Source of the DNA: Octopus bimaculoides
Lineage: Eukaryota
DNA: 64,000 bases
Assembly (NCBI RefSeq): GCF_001194135.2
Contig: NC_068984.1
Coordinates: 73,633,390 to 73,697,389 of the forward strand
Direction: 5' to 3'
Positions 37,161 through 51,042 of this stretch are shown piece by piece. The position numbers and the translations under genes are program-made. Under the pieces are notes generated by a model that ran no database searches, was not told the DNA's origin, and saw nothing but the letters and a program-made list of their open reading frames with translations. Each line of letters opens with the position of its first letter. Position 1 is the stretch's first letter.

Positions 37161-37565
37161 TACTTGGAAAGCATTTTCAGTTTGGATTGTGGAACAGATC
37201 AAGATATAAAAAAGCCACAGCTACCTTCAGGATGCTTTATACCAATCTGAATATCACAGACGTTTTTTCAGCAAACACAAAACTCCCGACCTTTAACGTG
37301 TGTCTGTGTGTTTCTGTATGTCTTTCAACATTGTGACAATGCAACACATACTTTAAAAAGAATTTTCGCTATAATTACATCATCATCATCATCATCATCA
37401 TGCAGTAGTAGTAGTAGTAGGAGGAGGAGGAGGAGGAGAGATTCAGAGGCAGAATGAGAAAAAGAGTGTGTGTATGTCAAAGTTTCAAGATTTGTTTCAA
37501 GAAAAATACAGTTTGTTGTTGTTGAGAGAGAGAGAAAGGGAGAGAGGGTGAGTGTGTGTGTGCCT

Positions 37566-37614
<49 letters not shown>

Positions 37615-37674
37615 GTAGAGTGTTGTCACCATAGTAACTAATGGTACTTTCATTATATAGCAATCTACTATTAA

Positions 37675-38333
37675 CCCTTTAGCAATCAGATTACCTTGTC
37701 AAATGTAAAGCTTATTCATTCCCTTTGTTTTCAATTAATCATACATTAACTTGGAGCTTTGAGATTTCAATGTAGTGATTGTTTATTTTTAGAGCGACAT
37801 TGTAAGCTAGATGTGAGAGGTCAAATTTGACCAGTTTTAACATAAAATAAGTAGATTATTTGAGCCTGATATGACTGACTTGAACATAAAACAGGTGGAA
37901 TATTTGGACCGGATTGTTGGCACTCCGTCGCTTACAGCATCAAGGGTTCCAGTTGATCTGATCAACGGAACAGCCTGCTTGTGAAATTAACATACAAGTG
38001 GCTGAGCACTCCACAGACACGTGTGCCCTTAACGTAGTTCTCGGGGAGATTCAGCGTGACACAGTGTGACAAGGCTGACCCTTTGAATTACAGGCACAAC
38101 AGAAACAGAAAGTAAGAGTGAGAGAAAGTTGTGGTGGAAGAGTACAGCAGGGTTCGCCACTATCCCCTGCCAGAGCCTTGTGGAGCTTTAGGTGTTTTCA
38201 CTCAATAAACACTCACAATGCCTGGTCTGGGAATCGAAACCGCAATCCTATGACCGTGAGTCCGCTGCCCAAACCACCGGGCCATTGCGCCTCCACATTT
38301 GAACCGGATATGGCTGGTTTAAATGCTAAAGGG
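37675..38333. mobile_element. piggyBac-like MITE with a family A SINE nested inside (37914-38294)
   Basis: TTAA|CCCTTTAGCA...TGCTAAAGGG|TTAA. The SINE is flanked by a ~12-bp TSD-like pair, tttggaccggat / tttgaaccggat. Confidence 0.85.
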
Positions 38334-38506
38334 TTAAAAGAAGGCACTTGCATGATTAATAGATATTTTTACTGACAGCATTGTGACAGATAAAGACCTA
38401 GTAGCTTATTAAAAGTTAATTGGATATTACGATTGACTGAATGTATTTATCTTTTTTTTCTTTTTTTCTTTCTTTCTTTTTTTTTTTATTGTTAATCATT
38501 TCTCAG

Positions 38507-38741
38507 TCCAAAAATATAGCAGTGGAGTTTATGATGGTGAGTGGACATCTACACCATCAGAGGAAACTGTATTGAGCAAGTTGCAAGAACTTGGCAAACT
38601 TGGAAATAACATGTTTCCTGAATATGATAAACAAATCGGTCCTTTCCATTATTCAGTTCTGTATGCTGTACAGAGATGGTTTTCAGCAAATGGCTGGCCT
38701 GGAGGAACAGTCTCAATCACAGTCCCTCACTCTTTCCGAAG
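38507..38741 (+). CDS. CFAP47: CFAP47-like exon 7
   Basis: tctcag|TC...AG|gtaagt; (F)QKYSSGVYDGEWTSTPSEETVLSKLQELGKLGNNMFPEYDKQIGPFHYSVLYAVQRWFSANGWPGGTVSITVPHSFR; 235 nt. Confidence 0.88.
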
Positions 38742-39329
38742 GTAAGTTAAAATCAAAGTCAGTTGAACAGATACTTCATTTAAGCTGTTGTTTGTAAAGT
38801 AATTGAAGAAAACAATGAAAGACAAGGTACACTCAATGAAATTGTTCAACCTGCTAAGCATAGCAGCTAAATTTCCTCAAAATCATACTTTATTATCTTT
38901 ACAGAATAACAAATGAAGATATGTTGATTTATAAGTCATTCATTCATTATGTCTGGTAGTTGGGGAAGATGTACTGATCATTGCTGGAATGTATGGCTTT
39001 AAAGAAACTTAATAGAAGTCAAAATGAATGGGAAACGAGGCAGAAGGAAAGCAAGAATTTTGTGGATGGATAATAGTCAAGAATTGAACAGACTGAAAAT
39101 ACAGTGAATATACTCAAGACAACACAAGAAAAAGCAAAGTGACAAGCTATGATATTTAACCCACTGAGAGCAGATAATGCATGCTGATGATAATGATGGT
39201 GATGATGGTGATGATGATGACAATTGAAACATAAATCTTCCAGTATGGATGGTCTGCCCTAGAAATTCTGCAAGTTGGATTTGTTTGGCGACCTCTTGGC
39301 TGATGTCTACTGTAACTTGCACCAGAACA

Positions 39330-40400
39330 GGAGAATTCCTCAGAGTGTGAGCCAGGGTGTGGTAACACTACTGAAAAAGGACTCCATCTACAATTTTCAA
39401 CCCCTGACTACTAATTACATTTTATGATTTGGACCAAGATTTTGGAAAAAAAAGTTGATACTTGTCATGGGTGATGTAGTCAGAAAAGTGTTAATATGGG
39501 TGATCCCAAACAGGTCCATCCCCAATAACCTGCACCTTTTGTGATACATCAAATAGAGGGGAGGGAAAAGTGCTGGCATTAGTGTAGCCCTTTTCAATTT
39601 GGATCTGTCAAAAGTTTTTGAGAAGGTCAGTCATTGTTCCTTAGAATCCATTAAAAAATCAACTATGTTTGGACACATCTTCAGGGGTTAGATTACTACA
39701 ATTCACAACAGTACCTACTGAATAGTCAAAGTAAATGACCACCTCTCAGGACCGTTTTGCCTCAGTCTGACAAGGCTCCTGTTCTCATCTCTCCTGTATG
39801 AATTGGCTCTTTAGCCACTGCCGTGGAAGCTAGAACAGTTGAAGAACATCCCTTTCAAAGTAGGAGCTAGTGGGACTGTGTGGTGTATATGAATGATGTC
39901 GTCATCATAGTGTCTGATGCCACTGAAGTAGAGACAGTCCGTAACTTTGTAAAGAATTATGAGTTGATGACAGGGGCCAAAATCAATGTAAAAAAATTAG
40001 TGGACATGCAGCTTGGCACCTGGAGAGGAAGTCTTTACCATCATATAACATCATGGGACACTGAACCAACAAACTAGTTAAACTGCCCAAGTTCTGGTTT
40101 GGTCCTGAACTCCAGATGAACCAGAACTGGAAGATGATGAATGGGTAACTTATCTTACCCAGAAATAGGCCAAGAAGAAACTGTTCCTTGAAGGTGGAAA
40201 ATGCCTTTACCTCTTTCATTATTGTATACTACCAGGACAGCAAGCTGTTTTTGTAGGAACTCTGGAGTCTTGCATGCATGGCGGGCTTGCTACCTGCACT
40301 CTACGGTACCATACTATCCATTCTTTTCAGCTATCTAATACTTTCCTGATTATCCTAGCAGAGCCAAGGAGGCAAACTTTTTGTAACAGTTCTCCTGGAC
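39330..40400 (+). mobile_element. L1/Tx1-clade LINE reverse-transcriptase remnant
   Basis: GVVTLLKKD, IPNRSIPNNLHLL, ALFNLDLSKVFEKVSH, VVYMNDVVIIVSD and GAKINVKKLVDMQLGTWR in order, with many stops and frameshifts. Confidence 0.8.
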
Positions 40401-40931
40401 ACTCTATTCCAATTTCCTTAATATTCCTCTTGATGCCCTCTGATACTGATCCCAAGGACCCAACAGTAATTGGCACTATTAGAATCGTTAGCATGCTGGT
40501 CGAAATGCTTACCAGTATTTCGTCTGTCTTTACATTCTGAGTTCAAATTCTGCCGAGGTCGACTTTGCCTTTCATCCTTTCGGGGTTAATAAAAATAAGT
40601 ACCAGTTGCATAATGGATTCGATTTAATCGACTTGCCCCCCCCCCTCCCACAAAATAATAATAATAATAATAATAATTATTATTATTATTATTATTATTA
40701 TTATGTTGTTGTTTTCTTTCTTCTTTCTTCAAATCTTCTTCCATTTCTCGCTGAGTGTTTTCCGTACACCTAGGGCAGAGAAACTCGTTATATGCATTCC
40801 AAGTTTACACACACTACTATTAGTATCATTATTATTATCATTATCATTATCATTATTAATATTATTATTATTAACATTATCATCATCAAAATTATTATTA
40901 TTTTGTTGTTCTTTTTATGTTTTTCTCACAG

Positions 40932-41132
40932 TGCTGTAGGTACCTTGGAAGAGAGGAAATCACCTAAAGCACATTCTGTTAAGAAAGAATCAAAGACTAT
41001 TTATCAGATGCTAAAATATCTCACTGGGAAAATCTTGCCTGGAGTGATACTAATCCCAACTCTACCATCACACTCATTAGAACGTGTCAAACAGATCTAC
41101 AACCAACATTACCTTCTGCTTGTCTTTTTAAA
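40932..41132 (+). CDS. CFAP47: CFAP47-like exon 8
   Basis: ctcacag|T...AA|gtaagc; (S)AVGTLEERKSPKAHSVKKESKTIYQMLKYLTGKILPGVILIPTLPSHSLERVKQIYNQHYLLLVFL; 201 nt. Confidence 0.9.
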
Positions 41133-42329
41133 GTAAGCACATTTTACCCAGAATTCTCAGTCCATAAACCCATCAGAGCCATACTGCATTTAAATTTTCT
41201 GTTGCTACTGCTTCTTTGATGGAGGCACAATGGTCCAGTGGTTAGGGCAGCGGACTCGCAGTCATAGGATCGTGGTTTCGATTCCCAGACCGGGCGTTGT
41301 GAGTGTTTATTGAGCAAAAACACCTAAAAGCTCCACGAGGCTCCGGCAGGGGATGGTGGCGAACCCTGCTGTACTCTTTCACCACAACTTTCTCTCACTC
41401 TTACTTCCTGTTTCTGTTGTGCCTGTAATTCAAAGGGTCGGCCTTGTCACCCTGTGTCACGCTGAATATCCCCGAGAACTATGTTAAGGGTACACGTGTC
41501 TGTGGAGTGCTCAGCCACTTGCACGTTAATTTCACGAGCAGGCTGTTCCGTTGATCGGATCAACTGGAACCCTTGACGCCGTAAGCGACGGAGTGCCAAC
41601 AACAACAACTGCTTCTTTGGTTTTGCTGCCACTTCGGCTGTGCTGCTGCTGTGGTTGTTGTTTGTTGTGGTTGTAGACGCTCCAGTTATGACCATTGCAT
41701 TTTCCTATGCAGGCTTCATTGTCTTGTGTGTCCTTCTTTATATAATCTTGTAGTGTGTGATTTGAAACTGATTCAACTGCCACTTCTTCTGGTGGTTTGT
41801 GTATGAGGTTACTGGTACAATGAAAGGAACTGATAAACGAATGGTAAATGGTGAGAAACATAAAAAGATTGGTGAAATACAATTTGGAAGACATAAAATA
41901 GGAGAAAGATTCTCTGTGTGTGTGTGTGTAGTGTACACATTTTTTTTTATCTGTTACATGTTTCAGTCATTAAACTGGCCATGCTGGGGCACCACCTTGA
42001 AGAAGTTTTAGTTGAATAAATTGACCCCAGTACTTTTTTTTTAAAGCTTGGTACTTATTCTACTGGTCTTTTTTGCTGAACTGCTAAGTGACATGGATGT
42101 AAACACACCAACACCAGTTGTCAAGCAGTGGCAGAAGACATATCTATACAATGGACTTCTTTCAGTTTCTGTCTATTAAATCCACTCACAAGGTTTTGGT
42201 CAGCTCAAGACTATAGTCGAAGACACTTGCCCAAGGTACCACCCAGTGGGACTGAGCCCAGAACCATATGGTTGGGAAGAAAGCTTCTTACCACACACAG
42301 CTACACCTACACACATGCATGCATACATT

Positions 42330-42374
<45 letters not shown>

Positions 42375-42414
42375 ACAAACACACACACTCAAATATGTAT
42401 ATATATATATATTT

Positions 42415-42949
42415 ATACATATAAATGTGACATGGGCGATTCTTTCTTGTCGGCTGGGTGGAATTGTGCGAAAAATTACACAGGTGTGTAGAATGATCCA
42501 GTGGTGATGCTGGGCTTTGTATTTTTTTTCATAGCTCCCATGGTTACCGAGATAATTTAGTATAATAATACTCTTGTGTTTATGAATAAGAATGGAAGGG
42601 GTGATGTTATACTTAGTAGGGGGATGATGAAAATTGTACACTGAAAAAATTGAACCAAACAGTGTTTCAACTCTGTGTGAATATGTGTGTGTGTGTGTAT
42701 GTGTGTGTGTGCAATGGAAGTGGGATGGTTCATCTTTGCTTAGTATTTGGATTTATTTTTGATTTGGTTGAATTTTTTTTTTGTTTTTTTTTGTTGTTGG
42801 TCAGTTATTTTTAGCGTTTTGACAGAAAAAAGTCATTCTAAAATTGTGTTCTAACGTAAGCTTGCCCAAACAAGTCGAATGCTTACACAAAGCAGGTTTT
42901 ACAGCCACATCATCCAAACTGACCGGGTGAAACCAGGCTTAGCCGCTAG
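42415..42949 (+). mobile_element. Possible non-autonomous Helitron
   Basis: 3' end ccgggtgaaaccagg hairpin, then CTAG|T at 42946-42950; the 5' end is not defined. Confidence 0.4.
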
Positions 42950-43378
42950 TATATATATATATATATATATCTGTTGCAGTCATCCAGTTCACCAGCCCTC
43001 AGTCAAATCATCCAACCCATGCTAGCATGGAAAGCGGCCGTTAAACAATGATGATGATGATGATATATATATATATATATAAATGCAATGAGATTCTGCA
43101 TAGTTTCTGTACATAAATTCCATTCAAAAGTTACTAGACTCAAGACTATGGTGAAAATATTCCAAGATGTTATAGTGCAATGGAATCAAATATATCAGGA
43201 ATCACATGGTTGCTAAACAAATTTCTCACCTACATGACTTTGTATATATCCATTGAATCATTGTTTAACAATTTTACAACAACAAAAAAAAGAAGGAAAA
43301 CAGAAATGGAATCTGAAAATTCTTGTTTAGTTTTTTCTTTTTTATTATAACACTTTTTGCTGATTTTTGTCTTTTCAG

Positions 43379-43577
43379 ATCTCAAGGAGGTTGTGTAGCA
43401 TCAATCAAACCAGAGTATTTAATGACATATTCCGACTTCTGTGTATGGAATGAAAATAAGAAATACATGTCAAGACCTGTGGGTTATATCGATGAAGATG
43501 AACGCCTGAAGGAAAGAGAAGTCTTTGAGTTGGTTTCCAAGAAGTCATGGCTAGATACACTTCTGCAGATTATCAAG
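43379..43577 (+). CDS. CFAP47: CFAP47-like exon 9
   Basis: ttttcag|A...AAG|gttaag; (K)SQGGCVASIKPEYLMTYSDFCVWNENKKYMSRPVGYIDEDERLKEREVFELVSKKSWLDTLLQIIK; 199 nt. Confidence 0.9.
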
Positions 43578-43677
43578 GTTAAGCAACATGCTTTTTTCTT
43601 TTCAATTTAATTATTGTTTTGTTTTCGTTTTTGGATTTGGTTTGCAAGATTTTTTATGTGATTTCGTGTGTTGAAGC

Positions 43678-43878
43678 ATATTCTGTTGTGTCTGGGGAGA
43701 GTCATTTTCTTATTGTGCCTTAAAATTTAACACACTCAAGACTATTGAAAAGGTTGCAAGACGCAACGAAAATTTTTTAAGAAAATAAAAATAAGAAATA
43801 AGTGGAAATTTTACCGGTGAGTGTGTTAAATTTTAAGGTACAATAAGAAAATGACTCTCCCCAGACACAACAGAATAT
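43678..43878. mobile_element. MITE-like hairpin with 61-bp arms
   Basis: 43678-43738 is the reverse complement of 43818-43878 with one G.T pair; a single arm of the same family occurs at about 52657-52770. Confidence 0.8.
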
Positions 43879-43972
43879 TGTTTTGTTGTTTTTCCTTTTA
43901 TTAATCATCAACCACCATCCTACCACCACCACCACAGCCGTTGCCACCACCACCAACGTATCATTCTCCTTG

Positions 43973-44012
<40 letters not shown>

Positions 44013-44360
44013 AATCGTTATCATGATTACCATTATCTTGGCATCACCATCATTACTACCACTGTCACCATCACCACTGCTGTCATCATAGTCATCATCA
44101 CCATCATTGTCATCATCTTCATCATTGCAGTCATCATCCGTTAACCCTCATCATCACCACTATTGCCAATCTCCTTAAAGATCATTATTGCCATGACCAT
44201 CATTACAACCACCATTATTTTCACCATTACTGTCATCATTCCTACTGTCATCATTCCTTCTGTCCCCACCACCACCACCACCACCATCATCATCATTGTC
44301 TTGCTATTTTTTCAATGCCAGCATAGCTTGACTGGTTCTTCTGCACTTTATAATGCCACT

Positions 44361-44470
44361 CATCTCAGTCTTCCATCATCTCGGCCTTCCAGCATCTCAG
44401 TCTTCCATCATCTCAGTCTTCCAGCATTTCGGCCTTCCATCGTCTTGGTCTTCCATCATCTCAGTCTTTC
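44361..44470. repeat. 16-bp minisatellite x~7
   Basis: catctcagtcttcca(t/g) units. Confidence 0.85.
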
Positions 44471-44925
44471 ATTGTCTCTTTTCTGTGAATTCCAGCAACA
44501 CACATTTTTACTTTAAAAAAAGAAAGGTAAAGTTACTTTCTCAAGTCATACCGACTCATAAGGGCTGATTTCCTGGTTTCCATGGTGTATAAACTCCCCA
44601 CCTGGATGGGACACCAGTCCATTGCAGGATTACTCATTTTTTTGCCAGCTGAGTGGACTGGAACAATGTGAAATGAAGTGTTTTTGCTCACAAACACAAT
44701 GCCTCGCCTAGTTCAGGAATCGAAACCACAATCTTATGATCATGAGTCCAACATCCTAACCACTAAGCCACCCTCACCTCCACACACTTTCACTTTATCC
44801 TTTCTTTTTCATGTCTTCTTCAGTCCTCCCCCTGCAAGAGGTACCCAACACATGGCCTTATTTGACTCAGCATTCATCATCCACTTCACATCACAAGTTA
44901 ATATCAGTGTAGTCATCTTGCATGC

Positions 44926-44973
<48 letters not shown>

Positions 44974-46255
44974 ATATATATGTATATATATATATATGCA
45001 TTTGTTAATGCCTCTAATATTCAGTTACTCTCTCTCTCTTTCTCTTTGCCTTTGACAAATTGATCGTAGTACTTATCTTTTACGTCTGGTACTTATTTTC
45101 TTGGCCTCTTATACCAAACCACTAAGTTATGGGAATGTAAACAAACCAACACCAGTTGTCAAATGGTAGTGGTGGAGACACACACTGACAAAAGGGTGCA
45201 CACATAACTGAAATAGGTTTGGTGACAGGAAGGGATCCAGCTATTGAAAATATTCCTCAATAAACTGCATCCAACCCATGCAAGCATGAAACAGTGAACA
45301 TTAGATGATGATGATGATGATATATACTTACATACAGGCAAGCATGCACTCATGTGTGCATGCCTAACTGTCAGTCTGGATGAGCTTGGATTTTCAGACA
45401 AAGAAACCAACCAACTGATTCTCATATTACAAACACATCTGTAAGCAGAACAGTAAAATTATGCAAGATTTTTCTCTGCTTTAAAATGTGACATTGTTTT
45501 CATTATCAACATTCCAGAGATGGAACTTTGCATCTTTTTTAGAAACCAGGTCCTTCTCCAAAGGAAGAATTTCAATAATAAGAAATCAGAAAAGAACATA
45601 CATACACATAGATATACATGCATGCGTCAGTTTCAATCTTCCAAATTCAACCTCAAAGCTTTGGTCTACTCAGGGCTTGTGTAGATGGAATTTGCCTATG
45701 GTAACATGCAGTGGGACTTTACTATGGTAACATGCAGTGGGACTTTACTTTGGTTTGGAAGCAAATTCATTAATCATATGTCTATACATGCGCTCTGTTT
45801 ATTGAAATGCAGGTTTTCTTTGTCTTGCAGAATTCTAAATAATAGCACAATTAATTTTCCTCTTTGTTTTTTGGAGAAAATTATTCTGTTGTCTTCAGGG
45901 TAGTCACATCAGTTGTCTTTGATCTCTGACTAGTTAATTCTCTGTAGCATCTCATAAAATGGCCCTAGTGAGAGTAGACATAAACACTGACACAACATTT
46001 CTCTCTCTCTCTCTCTTATTCTTGTTCTCTTTCACTCACTGTTTTGCTATTTTCCCCTCTTTCCCTCTCTTTCATTTTCTGTCACTCCTTCTCTTTCTCC
46101 ATCTCCATCTCTCACACGGACACACATACATACATGAACTTTCTCTCTCTGTCTCACTCTTTCTCTCTCTCTCTCCCCTATCCCCCCTCTCTCTCTCTCA
46201 CAGATGAATGTTGCAGCATGAATTTATATAAAGTCTTCATTTTTCCATTTTCTAG

Positions 46256-46451
46256 TGTTTTGTAGTGTCCAAAATTACTCCAAGAATATTCAAAAGCTTT
46301 ATCATTGACGACAGAGAACTGAAGATGCCATCTTTGAACAAGAATCCTCTGTGTAGTAATGTTTACACAGAAGGCGAAAGAATATTGCTTGCTTGGATGA
46401 ACCGTTGTTATGAGCAAAACCGTCGACTTGTATGGAATGAAAATTCTAACA
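46256..46451 (+). CDS. CFAP47: CFAP47-like exon 10 (start of CH-like domain)
   Basis: tttctag|TGT...A|gtgagt; CFVVSKITPRIFKSFIIDDRELKMPSLNKNPLCSNVYTEGERILLAWMNRCYEQNRRLVWNENSN; 196 nt. Confidence 0.9.
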
Positions 46452-47939
46452 GTGAGTAAACCAATTTTGTTCACGTGTGTGAATGAGTTTCTTCTCCTGT
46501 TTTAACATTCTAGGAAAAGATGGAGTGAAGGATATTGAAATTAAATCCTATTCCCCACAGGTTAGGTTAGTCCACATTCCTCCATAAAGTGCATAGGGTT
46601 GGTTTGGCAGTTTCTCCCTTCCTGGACAGGATGCCAATCTCCTGCAGGATTACTCATTTACATTAGCTGAGTGGAGAAGCAATGTGAAAGAGAACAAGAA
46701 TAAGAGAGAGAGAGAGAGAGGAGAAATAAGGCGCAGGAGTGGCTGTGTGGTAAGTAGCTTGCTTACCAACTGCATGGTTCCGGGTTCATTCCCACTGCGT
46801 GGCATCTTGGGCAAGTGCCTTCTACTATAGCCTTGGGCCGACCAAAGCCTTGTGAGTGGATTTGGTAGACGGAAACTGAAAGACGCCCATCGTATGTGTG
46901 TGTGTATATGTGTATATGTATGTGTGTTTGTGTGTCTGTGTTTGTTCCCCCAACATCGCTTGACAACCGATGGTGATGTGTTTACGTCCCAGTAACTTAG
47001 CGGTTCAGCAAAAGAGGCCGATAGAATAAGTACTAGGCTTACAAAGAATAAGTCCTGGGGTCGATTAGCTTGACTAAAAGGCAGTGCTCCAGCATGGCCA
47101 CAGTCAAATGACTGAAACAAGTAAAAGAGTAAAAGAGTTCAAAAATACTATGCCTTGCCTGCTCCAGAAATTGAAACCAGAATTTTACAATCATGAGTCC
47201 AACACCCTAACCACTAAGCCATGTGCCTCCACTATTCCCCACAGGGAGAGGAGTCAATACGACTACCACAATCCATCAGTGTTTTTTTTTTTTTTGCTTT
47301 CTTTTTCCAAAGCAACAAAACCTGTAATACTGAGAGTTTGTGACTTTCAGTTTTAATACATTTCATATGTTTTTGGAGTTTTTCTATGTTTATGCATGCA
47401 TTCTTAAAATTTTAACAATCTGTTATCCTATTCCATTTCATTTAGCACTTTTGTCAAAGCCTCTCATTTCCTGCAAAAACTGTATTTTTATGACAGGTGT
47501 CATATAAGTTAGACTGCAAATACTGTAAATAATCTCAGAATACATTTTTCAAGTGTCATGCAACATTCCTAGGCCAGTTCAAGAACTCACATAGACAAGG
47601 TATAAAATTCTGTCAAGTTTTGGTATTTTCAGAAGGTATTCTAGAAATGCTGATGTCAGCAGGATCTGTGATACCATGGCAGCTAATTCAATACAAAAAC
47701 TAAAGGTACTTGCTTTGGCCAATCATTATTTGAAATTCCAAGTTTATACCAAATTCCAATCCAAAGTTAGTGTTGGGGAGAAGCAGGTCAACATGATCCA
47801 TCCCCTCTGGGGAATAGGGTTAGGGGGAAAAGAAAATAAGTTCAGTGGTTCTCAACCAATTTTTACCTATGGACCCCATTGATTCCAATTTTACTTGGAT
47901 GGACCATCATAGCCATTTGATGTTTAAAGACTTTTATTA

Positions 47940-48964
47940 TCTTAATATATAAATCCCGTTGTGTCCGTCTGTCTGTCTGTTTGTGCGCTTATAACTCAAG
48001 TATTGTTCATCCAATCGCGCTGAAATTTTAAATCTTAATATATAAATCCCATTCTGTCTGTTTGTTTGTGTGCTTGTAACTCGAGTATTGTTCATCCAAT
48101 CATGCTGAAATTTTAAACATGGATGCATGAGAGAGCAGGGAATTCCATAGATTTTCAAAATTGCTAGTTTCAAAGTGAGAATCGCTATTTTGGTAATCTT
48201 TTTGTCCTGTTTGTTCTGCAATTAAAAGCAACAAGTTTGCTCAGACAACTGGCACATACCATGTTGCTAGCAACAAGGGGAGTACAGGATGACAGTCAGC
48301 TAAAACCGTCACTATGTTGTCTCTCTTCTTTCCCATCTCTGTCTCTCTTATGCTGTCTGATTCCACTTGAAGTTGTATATATATTGTGTTAAGATTCGTT
48401 ATCAATCAATTATCTTTATTGAGAAGAAACAGTCAAAAGTAACCACCACATACAATCACCAAACATCTCCACTACTTAACAACATCCAAGTTAACCCTCT
48501 TCACCTTTACAGCTGTCACATGAAAAACTACGAGGAAAAGGCAACCATTTTAATTAAGCAAAAAAGAGAAAAAATTGATTGCTATTAAAACATGTAAAAT
48601 TTTGGGGTTAATAATCTTAATCTTTAGTTACAGTTTCTCATTCAAACAACATAATAGGTAGAATTGTCGGATTAAGACAGTAGGATGTTTTGAGGGAGAT
48701 TTGGCTGCTCTTTCTAGCAAGTCTAGCTACCATATAGAGATCTCCCTCATTGGCTCATACATACATACATAAAATCAAAAAATAAATACTTAAAGCAACA
48801 AGCGTCAAATACAAAAGTCAAGGTCCGTGCAGTGTCATGGGCCCAAAAAATTTTCAAACTTCTTGTCTAATGCAAGCCCAGAGCAATTTCTTATCTCTTA
48901 CACTATTTCAATATTACGTCTGTATTGTAATGTGAGATAATACTTTCAGTTTGAAAGAAATCTG

Positions 48965-48998
<34 letters not shown>

Positions 48999-50453
48999 CT
49001 TATGCATTCCAAAACTGAGTTACAGATTTTGATGTATGGGGTATCAAAAGATTCAGTACTATTTCAGCTACAAATTAAACTTAATTTCCATTCACATATT
49101 TGCATTTCAAAAATTTAACATTATAATCTTTTCCATAAATCAACTATCGTAAACATTTTATACAATGACGTCGCATTTTCTATATGTGTGTGTAACTTAA
49201 AAGACATCAATCATCACAACACACACCTTCACTCACTCACTCTATCTCTCTTCCTCACCCTCTTTCTCTCTCTCACACACACCCATGCATGCATGTATGC
49301 ACTCACACACACACACACACACATGTCCATTTCATATAGACGTACATACATCTTTCACTTTCTTTCTCTGTTCTTTTCACTTTCTCTTCTTTCAATTTCT
49401 GCTCTCTTCAAATAATTTTTTATGAATACAACTGCTTACAAAAATAGGGATTAATGTATAATTTCTTTCTATGTTCATAATTGTTTTTCACAATATTGAA
49501 AATAAATACGCCACCAACGAAACAACGTAGTCTCTCTAGAAACAAATATAAAGCAAGGAGGATGGTAGAAAACTGAAGAGAGAAGCTAGATGAGATTTTC
49601 TCAAGATCAGCAAATGCATGTTACAGCACTTAATGCTGGATCATTAAATCAATGTTTTAATGATTAGACAGAGGTTCAATAGAATAATTCAGAAACAGAC
49701 TATGTACTAATTTGCTCTTCACAACTCCTGAAGCTGTTTTCAGATATGATCCATCCCATTCTTATAAAAATAATAACTCTGTCCAAATTCGTGTGCTAAA
49801 CACAAATTGTCTTTTCTGTAGAGTTTTAACATTTTCAAATGAAACAAATGGTATGTGCTGCTCGGGCGGTCAGGTAACATTGCCAGCCCTACCAGTTCCT
49901 TCTCAACCTTTTATGGATCTTCTAGAAGGCATTTCCATCCAGAGAAGGATTTTCTGAAGAATGTCAGATAATACAACTCTGCAAATGACATCGTTTGTTG
50001 CATCTAAGAAGACAGATAAACATGAATTTATACCGACACCAAAGTTCAAGGGCAAGTCTATCATCCCATTGGTTCCCTGTTACCCTCATATGAACAACCA
50101 CAGTTCCTCCAAATTTGCTTTATGAGTGATATAGGACAACAAACCCGAAGGAAGTGTCAACATTTCAGATGATGGGTCATGTTAGACACAGCACCAACTG
50201 CTGCAAAAGAGAGTATATCCACTGACAGCTTTTCGGTGCGTTCAAAAATCACATAACCCCTACAGGTTAGGGCCTGAAATACTCCAAATGGATGCATTGC
50301 ATGTTGCTTAGTCGAATTAGCTCATCATTTACTCCACAAATGTTTTGTTGTCAATGCTACACTTTCCCACATCACCTGTTTCAATATAACTGTAATATAT
50401 TATATACAAACTATGCCATTTTAATCCCGAGCAATGCCGGGTATCTCTGCTAG
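47940..50453 (+). mobile_element. Internally deleted Helitron nested in a hAT-like MITE
   Basis: A|TCTTAATATATAAA 5' end (duplicated at 48033). 3' cccg-agcaatgc-cggg hairpin then CTAG|T. RepHel N-terminal remnant AVFRYDPS..CLFC..ETNGMCCSGGQVTLP..FLKNVR..QMTSF..KVQGQVYHPIGSLLP at about 49725-50120. Host MITE halves CAGTGGTTCTCAACC (47843-47939) and ..tttgagacccacc (50454-50607). Confidence 0.8.
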
Positions 50454-51042
50454 TATTTTTATAATTAAATATTATTAGGAATTGTATAAAAAAATTTGTT
50501 AAAATATTTTGTGTGTTGAAGTATAACCAGTTTATTGCACATAAATTTTAACAACAAAATCTTATATGGATCACCAAAGGCCATATAGACTCCATTTGAG
50601 ACCCACCAAACTGAAATCCTTTTAGTCAACTACATACACAGAGTGGTGCAAAGGTTCTAAAAGATAAAAAGATAAAGCTAAGTTACTTTAATTGTTTTAT
50701 GTCTGAAATTACTATTGCTGTCGCTGGTATCCTTCAAAAGTAAATATTTTATAACAAACAAAGTAGGTAGTTAGAAAATCTCTATAAGTGATGAAAGTAG
50801 TAACTATACTGAGAAGTAATGTTTATCACCACAGCTGGTCTTCTATAAACAAATTTGCCCATACTTGTCCGTTGGAGGGGAACTGTCTAGGTGCAATTCC
50901 ATGATCATTCATGACTGAAGAGTGTCTTTTCCCTTTACCCTATAATCATCATCATCGTCATCATTTAAAATTTGTTTTCTATGCTGATATGGGTGTGTGT
51001 GTATACATATGTATGTATGTATTTCTTTTTCTATTTTCGTAG

